A stretch of 64,000 bases of DNA from a bacterium (GTDB lineage: Bacteria; Patescibacteriota; Minisyncoccia; Phycocordibacterales; UBA9973). The notes beneath the pieces were generated by a model that made no database searches, was not told the DNA's origin, and was given only the letters and a program-made list of their open reading frames with translations. The DNA lies in NCBI GenBank assembly GCA_037200905.1, contig JBBCGN010000001.1, forward strand, positions 25,380 through 89,379, given 5' to 3'. The translations under genes and the position numbers were made by a program. Each line of letters opens with the position of its first letter. Positions within the stretch are counted from its first letter, which is position 1. Of the stretch, positions 56,902-64,000 are shown piece by piece.

Positions 56902-57162
56902 TCATGCAGTATTTCGAGCGTCAGCAATCCGGAGGACAAACAGGACGATGGCTTTCGTCAGTGCCGTTTGGCGTGAAGAACCAACAGGCGCTTTGGGCAC
57001 CAGCCCTTTCTCCTTCCTGTTCTTGAAAAAATATATCGTCGCAAAAATGAGGAAAAATACTGCGACAACATAATAGCCGAGCACGGCCGAAATGATGGCG
57101 AATCCGAAGAAAATTTTCTCATTCGACATGCGCAGGCTGTCTTTCATTCCTTGCTTGTTCAT
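56902..57162 (-). CDS. Small membrane protein (3' end uncertain)
   Basis: Two or more hydrophobic segments. Confidence 0.5.
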   Translation of the reverse strand: MNKQGMKDSLRMSNEKIFFGFAIISAVLGYYVVAVFFLIFATIYFFKNRKEKGLVPKAPVGSSRQTALTKAIVLFVLRIADARNTA

Positions 57163-57186
57163 GAGTTGATTATAGCAGATACCGCG

Positions 57187-58742
57187 TTATGCGTTTACCT
57201 TCGGACGATACTGCAATGCTTCCAAGATATGATTGGCAGCCACGTCCGGAGAACCGTCGAGATCGGCGATAGTGCGGGCGATCTTGATGACCCGATGATA
57301 GGCGCGAGCCGAAAGGGCCAGGCGCTCGGCGCTGTCATCGAGAATTTTTCTCGCTTCGGCACCAAGCTTCACATGGATTCCGAGATCTTTCACATTCATC
57401 TCGCTGTTCGTCTTCATTTCTCTTTCTGATTTCTTGAATCGCGCTTCTTGAATTTTGCGCGCGCCTGATACTCGCTCTCTTATGCGCTCGCTTCGCTCGC
57501 CTGTCCCCCTCCTCTCCGAGCTTCTTGTAGTCCACAGCACCGACAGAAACCCAGAGGTCGATACGGTCGACAATGGGACCGGAAAGTTTCCTCTTGTACC
57601 TGTCAAATCCGAAGGCTTGCATATGCAGGCTTTCTGTTTCGATCCCGCATTGCCGCACGGGGCAGGGATTCATGGCGGCGACCAGGATGAAATTCGACGG
57701 GAAGATCGCAGAGGCTTTCGAGCGGGAGATGGAAACGATATTGTCTTCGAGCGGCTGGCGCAAGCTCTCGATGACGCGCTTCTCGAACTCCGGAAACTCG
57801 TCGAGGAAGAGCACGCCTCTGTGCGCGAGCGTCACTTCGCCGGGCTTCGGGTACGTGCCGCCGCCGATGAGCGACACGTACGAAGAGGTGTGATGCGGCG
57901 CGCGGAACGGCGGATTGTAGACCAGTTCGCCGCGCGTCGTGCCCGCCACGGAATGGATGCCGGTGATTTCCAGGATTTCCTTAATGGCGAGATCAGGCAA
58001 GAGGCCGGAGAAAGCCCGCGCCAGCATGGTCTTGCCGGTGCCCGGCGGTCCGTACATGGCGATATTGTGTCCGCCGGCCGCGGCGATCTCGAGGCCGCGC
58101 TTGGCGGATTCCTGACCGCGGATCTCGGCAAAATCAGCGCCCTTGAATTCTTTCGCGTAGATTATTTCCGTTTTCGGCTGCAATGGAATCTTTTTAACGG
58201 GCTTGTCTTCTTTAGACCGCGGTGCTTCATCGATATGCTCCACCACCTCGCGCAAACTGCCCGCGCCGAATATTTTCAGACCGTCGACGAGGGCCGCTTC
58301 CACGGCATTCTCTTTCGGCAGGTATATTTCCTCGAAGCCCATGCGCTTAGCCTCCTGCACCAGCGGCAATGCCCCGCGGATGCTGCGCAAGGTGCCGTCG
58401 AGGCCGAGTTCGCCGAGGAAAATCCTCTTCTCGGAATTGAATTTCAAGTCTCCCGGCGGCGAGCATGTACGACAAGGCGATGGCCAGATCGAAGAACGGA
58501 CCCTCTTTCTTGAGGTCCGCGGGCGAGAGCGACACGATGATCTTCTGATTCTTGGCTTTCGGAGACTGGAAGCCGGAGTTCTTGATGGCCGAGCTGACGC
58601 GGTCCTTCGATTCGTCCACGGCCTTATCCGGCAGGCCTACCACGGAAAAAGCGTGCAGGCCGCGGGACAGGTCCGTCTCGATAGTGACGATTACGCCTGA
58701 GAGCAGATTGACTTGTGCGGAGTAAACCTTTGCGAACGCCAT
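57187..58742 (-). CDS. comM: ComM/YifB Mg-chelatase-like AAA+ ATPase (frameshifted)
   Basis: VGLPDKAV.ES..RV, GELGLDG, GPPGTGKTM, PFRAPHH, LAHRGVLFLDE, LSARAYHR. Confidence 0.93.
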
Positions 58743-58752
58743 GCCGGCATTA

Positions 58753-59108
58753 TTACCCGTTCATGTGCTTTATGCAAGTGGTGGCCGCAGGGTTGGCTTC
58801 CAGGCGGGCCGGCTCGATATCTTTCTTGCAGACTTCGCACTTGCCGTAGGATTCGCGATTGAGGGCCTTCAGGGCATGGAGCACGTCCTTGAGCCGCGGC
58901 TCGAGAGACCTGATGAGAGAGCTTCGAGATTCGAAATCCTCGAATCTGTCCGCCATGTCGTTCTGATCCGACTCCGGAAAGTCCTGTTCTTCGGAATGGC
59001 CTCCCATTCTCCCGTCTCGGAGTTCAATTTTCCCATATCTTTCAGCTCAACGAGGAGCATATCGCGCTCCGCTTCCAACTTTTCTTTGATTTTCTTTTTG
59101 TCTACCAT
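58753..59108 (-). CDS. TraR/DksA C4-type zinc-finger protein (frameshifted)
   Basis: DMAD, YGKCEVC..I...RLEANPAATTC. Confidence 0.85.
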
Positions 59109-59173
59109 ATATATGAATATATCATGTAGCCGAGGGAAGGCAATCTTTATTACTGGATAAGTGCCGTTTCTCC

Positions 59174-60686
59174 TTATTTCTTCTTCTGGGCCGATGCGAG
59201 GCGGAGGATGATCTCCCTGGTAGCGCTCTCGGTATCCGTAATCAGCACGGAATTGTCATCGGCGAAGGAATAGAGCAGTACCCACATTGCCGGCATTGTC
59301 ATAGAGCACGCGGGCATTCCTGTTCTGTACCACGCCGTCTTCGAACGGCTTCGTCAGGAGATAGGAGTTGGCATCGGTCACGCCTATGCCCAAGAATCCG
59401 TGCACGTCGGAAAACATCTTGGGTTCCCAGGCGCGCATGCCGTCGAAGACGTCCGCGAAGGAACGCTCGTTCAAGAGCATGAAGAAAACTGATGCCTGTC
59501 GAATCGGAAATCTTGCCCGTGTCGCTGTCGGTGACAGTAGCGGCGCCATCAGGCACCGGAGCAGGCATGGTCATGGACTTGGTCTTGGCCTGGGCGGAAT
59601 ACTGTATGCCCTGGGCCGCATCGAGAAGGCTGTTTTTCTCCTGGGCTGTCATGGCTTTTATCTCCTCGTCGGTATGCGTATCTTTCAGGGAAACCACCCT
59701 TGGCGCTCGAGGTGATCGTCATCTGGGCAATGTCCTCCGGCGCATATGTGGCAGTCAGAACTTCGTTCAGGATATCGAGACCGAGCTTGCGCCTCGATTC
59801 GGCCAGAGCGTCGTTCTTGCTCGAAGGTCGTTCGACGGAATACGTACCGACAACATTGATCTCCGTCGTCGTGAAATCAATGTCGGTCAAAAATAGAGAG
59901 ATCGCGGCTTCGGCTTTGTCCTTGGCATCGGCGTTGATGAATTCCGTCGTGCCCGTCTTGAAGAATGCCGAGCTCTCGAGCGTCACCGGCTTGCCTTCTA
60001 CGACGACAGGCACGGGTGATGGTAGAGGCGTAGTCGCGATTTCTTTTGAATGAAGCGTAGGGACGCCGGAATCGATATAGTAGACAGCGCCGAGGAGGAA
60101 GTTCTCGTTGACGAACGGCATGGTGTCGATGGGCAGGCCGGCTCCGATGAGCGATATGAATTCCCGCAAGCCGATGATCGTGCCGCCCACGGTCGGATAG
60201 ATGCCTTCGACGCCGCCGGGCTTGATGGTAGTGGTCTTCACGAGGACTGCGGATGCTGCCTGCGATGCCGGCCGGATCGAGGCCGTCAATAGGGGCAGGC
60301 TCGGCATGGTCGGTAAAGATGAGCGACTGGTATTGTGGCGCCACGGCCACGGTCTTCAGGCCTTCGGTGCGCTTCCAGATGAGGTACGCGCCGACAACTG
60401 CCGCGCCGATGAGCAGGATGCCAAGAATGATGAACAAGCCGTTGCGGGCAGACCGGCCGGAAGAATTCTTCTTGGCGGCCTCATAGGCCTCCTGCTCCTC
60501 GATCATCTTCTTCACGATGCCGCCCTGATTGCCCTCGACGGCTTTCGTGATGTCGCTGACATACGTCTGCACCGCAGGGCCTTTTCCCGCCATGGCTTGA
60601 GAGACATCGTCGACATACGTCTGCACGCCGTCATTTTTTATTGCGCTCGCGTCGCGCGGCGCAGGGCCCTGATCCTTGGTTTCCAT
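59174..60686 (-). CDS. Single-TM hypothetical protein with possible OmpA-like insert (frameshifted)
   Basis: ORFs 59877-60731, 59549-60307 and 59299-59697 chain together. Confidence 0.6.
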
Positions 60687-60774
60687 TTGCCATAAGTATA
60701 GCAAAAATTGTTTATTATTTCTTCGTTCCATTCGGTTCCAAATGAAAAGCAGCCTGCTCGGGGCTGCTCTTTTC

Positions 60775-62898
60775 TTATGGAACGATTTTGGCTTTCTGGA
60801 AGAAGTCCTTGTCGGCTTCCTTGATGGAGAGAGAAATTTTGCCGCGCTCAGGATCGAGCTTGATGACTTTCACCGGCACGATCATGCCTTCTTTTATGAT
60901 GTCGCTCACGCGCTCCACGCGGAACGGAGCGATCTCGGAGATGTGCACCATGCCGTCGACGAAGGGATTGAGGCTGACGAAAGCGCCGAACTCGGCGATC
61001 TTCACCACTTCGCCCTTCAGGAATTCGCCGACTTTGAATTCATGGGTCATCTCTTCAATGATCTGCTTGGCCTTTCCTGCAGAACCGTCCTTGCCAGTGA
61101 GATACACCGTACCGTCATCCTCGATGGTGATCTCGGCGCCGGATTTCTCGCGAATCTCCTTCACGGTCTTGCCGCCGCTTCCGATGACCATGCCGATCTG
61201 ATCAGGCTTGATGTGAATCATCAGGATTTTCGGCGCGTTCGGAGAGATATCTTTTCTCGGCACGGCAATTTCTTTTTCGATGGTATCGATAATTGTGGTA
61301 CGGGCGCTCTTGGACTGGCGCATGGCCTCGCCGAGAATCTTGATCGGCACGCCTTCGACTTTCACGTCGAGCTGGATGGCAGTAATACCGTTCCTCGTGC
61401 CCGCCACCTTGAAATCCATGTCGCCGTGGTGATCTTCGGGGCCTTGGATATCGGTGAGGACTTTGTACGCGGAATCCGATTCGTACATCAGGCCCATGGC
61501 GATGCCCGCTACCGGCGCCTGGATCGGCACGCCGCCGTCCATGAGCGCCAGGATTCCCGCACAGATGGAAGCCTGCGAGGTAGAACCGTTCGAAGCCATG
61601 GATTCGGAAACCACGCGGATGGTATAGGGGAAATCGGATTCCTTCGGCAAGACCATGGCGATAGCTTTTTCCGCCAATGCACCATGCCCGACTTCGCGCC
61701 TGTTGGTGAATCCTGCCCGGCCCGTTTCCCCGGCAGAATACGGCGGAAAATTATAGTGGTGCATGAATCGGCGTTCGGCACTGGTCTGCATGGTATCGAT
61801 CATGTTGCGGTCTTCCGGCCCGCCGAGGGTCAGCACCGACAGCACGTGCGTGCCGCCGCGATAAAATATGCCCGAACCGTGCACGACGGAGGAGAGTCCT
61901 CCGGCCTGGGCATAGAGCTCGCGCAGTTCGTCCATCTTGCGGCCGTCGGCGCGTTTGTCTTCCTTGATTGCTTTCTCGTGAAGCATGTCGTTCTCGGTGT
62001 CATCAAACAAGTTATCTTCGAGTGCAAAATCAGTTCGGTCCGGGTACGTTTCTTTCACCAGCTTGTTCCATTCATTATGCAATTCATCGATCTTGGCCTT
62101 GCCCGGGCCGGCGAAAACGGCCGCTTCCATCTTCGGCAGAATATTCTGCTTGAAAAGCGCCACGGAATCGGCAGAAATTTCTTCTTTCTCGATGACACGC
62201 TTCTCCTTGCCGATTTCTTTGACGATCATCTTCTGGAATTCTTCGAGCTTGGTGATTTCCGCGCTCGCGGCGATAAGTGCAGCTTCGAGCTCGTCTTCCG
62301 CAGTCTGATGTGCAGCCGCTTCGATCATGTTTATATTGCCGCCTTTGCCGCAGACGATCAGGTCGAACTTGTATTTGGAATCGTCGTCGCGAAGAGACTG
62401 CACTGCGTTTATTTTCAGCGTTTCATCATCGTATTTGCCGATGCGCACTGCGCCGATCGGTCCCGCCCAAGGGATGTTCGACACGGACAGGGCGATGGAT
62501 GCGGCATTGACGGCGAGCACCACGGAGTCATTGTCATCTACCGAAAGCACAGTGACGATGATCTGCACCGCATGGCGGATGGACTGCTCGAACAGCGGCC
62601 GCAGGGTGCGATCGATGACGCGCGAGGCGAGAATGGCCTCTTCGGAAGGCTTGCCTTCCCTCTTTACGAAGCGGGAGCCGGAGATCTTGCCCGAAGCGTA
62701 GAACTTCTCCATATAGTCGACAGTCAGGTTGAAAAAACCCAGGCCCTGCTGCTTGTCTTTCGACATGCAGGCAGTGGCGAGCACCACCGTCTCTCCGTAT
62801 TTGAGAAGCACCGAGCCCTGAGCCTGCTCCGCGAGATCGGTAAACATGGCGGTCATGGTCTTGCCGCCGATTTCTACACTAAATTCTTTCTTGTGCAT
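60775..62898 (-). CDS. pnp: Polyribonucleotide nucleotidyltransferase
   Basis: SRVIDRTLRPLF, RADGR, RREVGHG, SNGS.SQAS, DHHGDMDFKVAG, KH and S1 domains. Confidence 0.98.
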   Translation of the reverse strand: MHKKEFSVEIGGKTMTAMFTDLAEQAQGSVLLKYGETVVLATACMSKDKQQGLGFFNLTVDYMEKFYASGKISGSRFVKREGKPSEEAILASRVIDRTLRPLFEQSIRHAVQIIVTVLSVDDNDSVVLAVNAASIALSVSNIPWAGPIGAVRIGKYDDETLKINAVQSLRDDDSKYKFDLIVCGKGGNINMIEAAAHQTAEDELEAALIAASAEITKLEEFQKMIVKEIGKEKRVIEKEEISADSVALFKQNILPKMEAAVFAGPGKAKIDELHNEWNKLVKETYPDRTDFALEDNLFDDTENDMLHEKAIKEDKRADGRKMDELRELYAQAGGLSSVVHGSGIFYRGGTHVLSVLTLGGPEDRNMIDTMQTSAERRFMHHYNFPPYSAGETGRAGFTNRREVGHGALAEKAIAMVLPKESDFPYTIRVVSESMASNGSTSQASICAGILALMDGGVPIQAPVAGIAMGLMYESDSAYKVLTDIQGPEDHHGDMDFKVAGTRNGITAIQLDVKVEGVPIKILGEAMRQSKSARTTIIDTIEKEIAVPRKDISPNAPKILMIHIKPDQIGMVIGSGGKTVKEIREKSGAEITIEDDGTVYLTGKDGSAGKAKQIIEEMTHEFKVGEFLKGEVVKIAEFGAFVSLNPFVDGMVHISEIAPFRVERVSDIIKEGMIVPVKVIKLDPERGKISLSIKEADKDFFQKAKIVP

Positions 62899-63070
62899 AT
62901 AGTATGTTTGCCCTCCGACCCGGGTCGGAGGGGATCGAGTTCCTCTTTAGAATAAAGTATTGTGCCGCCCGGACACGGGAACGGACAGTATCTCTATCTG
63001 AAGACGAACTCTCGTTATATTGATAAGCTTTCACGCTTATCCTAGCACTCGAAAAGAAAAAAGCAACGGA

Positions 63071-63571
63071 TTAGAGCACGTATTTGCGGGAGTTCGCAGA
63101 GAGATCCACGAAGTCATCACAAACTTCCTTGAGCTTCATGGATGTCGATTTGCCGAAGGAGACCACTTCCACCTGCACGCCCATGGTCTGGAGGTATTCG
63201 ACGAGCGGGATGAAGTCCCCGTCGCCGGAGATGATGATGACGGAGTCGAGTCGAGGGCTCATCTTGATGGCGTCGACGGCGAGGCCCACGTCCCAGTCGG
63301 CTTTCTTGGCGCCGCCCTGGAATATCTGCAGGTCCTTGGTCTTGGTCTCGATGCCGAGCTTGGAAAGGGCTTCGAAGAAATTCTTCTCGTCCCCCGCCTC
63401 GGTGGTGATGACGTATGCCACCGCGCGCACGAGCTTGCGGCCGGCCACCGCATCCTTCAATACGGCGCCGAAATTGACCCGGGACTTGTACAGGTTGCGG
63501 GCCGAATGATAGAGGTTCTGCGTATCGATGAAAACGCCGACACGCTGTTCTTTATGCTTGATGACTGTCAT
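63071..63571 (-). CDS. NYN domain protein (LabA/DUF88)
   Basis: FIDTQNL, DWDVGLAVD, SGDGDF. Confidence 0.92.
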   Translation of the reverse strand: MTVIKHKEQRVGVFIDTQNLYHSARNLYKSRVNFGAVLKDAVAGRKLVRAVAYVITTEAGDEKNFFEALSKLGIETKTKDLQIFQGGAKKADWDVGLAVDAIKMSPRLDSVIIISGDGDFIPLVEYLQTMGVQVEVVSFGKSTSMKLKEVCDDFVDLSANSRKYVL

Positions 63572-63601
63572 ATATACAGTATTGTACCAGAAACGAGGAG
63601 A

Positions 63602-63865
63602 TTATGAGAGGTCGAGCTTCTTTACGAGAGCATCGTAACGAGTCTTGCTCTTGCGCTCCAAGTACTTCAGATGAGTGCGGCGGTCCGCCACCATCTTGAT
63701 GAGGCCGCGGCGAGAGTGGTTATCCTTCTTATGCTTCTTCAGATGCTTCGCAAGTTCGGAGATCTGAGTAGAGAGTACGGCAACCTGGACCTCGGAAGAA
63801 CCCGTGTCTTTGTCGTGTATCTGGATTTTCTTTATGACTGTCTGTTTCTTCTTGGTTGTTAACAT
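63602..63865 (-). CDS. rpsO: 30S ribosomal protein S15
   Basis: DTGSSEVQVA, HKKDNHSRRGL. Confidence 0.98.
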   Translation of the reverse strand: MLTTKKKQTVIKKIQIHDKDTGSSEVQVAVLSTQISELAKHLKKHKKDNHSRRGLIKMVADRRTHLKYLERKSKTRYDALVKKLDLS

Positions 63866-64000
63866 TGCTATATCCTAGCATATATCGAGAAATTTTGCAA
63901 GCCCCCTGAGTCCGGGGGCCGGGACCGCGGAAATCGGGCACACTGGCTCCCAGTTTTTCCGACCGCCCCTGCCTCGGCCCCGATGCTTGACAAATTGCTT

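Noticed and set aside
9379-60686. Mass pseudogenisation or programmed frameshifting
   Set aside because: Affects essential single-copy genes, no in-frame stop decay seen, indels cluster in homopolymers
60676-62955. 759-aa plus-strand ORF
   Set aside because: Antisense shadow of pnp
1-64000. Alternative genetic code (UGA=Gly as in Gracilibacteria/SR1)
   Set aside because: Long genes are intact under code 11, breaks are frameshifts rather than in-frame TGA, and TGA serves as a normal stop
1-64000. CRISPR array, tRNA, rRNA, transposase or prophage
   Set aside because: No regularly spaced repeats, cloverleaf, rRNA-like stretch or mobile-element ORFs seen by eye

Overview
Chromosomal segment of a small-genome bacterium, most likely Patescibacteria/CPR (Parcubacteria-like). 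This is inferred from the gene set (eukaryote-type GlyRS, short MetRS, IleRS with an inserted histidine-phosphatase domain, split ComEC, type IV pilus genes) and from many apparently leaderless genes. Most of the window is housekeeping: ftsK, recA, efp, rpsF-ssb-rpsR, four other tRNA synthetases, dut/tmk/glyA, rnhA/recJ, pgk/tpiA, nusA, ppa, tig/clpP, rny, HU, comM, pnp and rpsO. Many essential genes are broken by single-base indels, which look like long-read assembly errors rather than pseudogenisation. The main feature is a diversity-generating retroelement (DGR) at about 33.4-36.0 kb. It has an RT, an Avd-like gene on the opposite strand lying between TR and RT, and a 96-bp TR/VR pair whose 14 differences all fall on TR adenines. 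A second VR-like gene sits in the pilus locus at 41.5-42.2 kb. It does not match this TR but shares an identical 31-bp sigma70 promoter block with the DGR target. Also notable: an ultrashort-stem-I ileS T-box with a terminator, a LexA-like gene with a GAAC-N4-GTTC operator filling its promoter spacer, and several palindromic intergenic elements. All alignments and counts were done by eye; no database searches were run.
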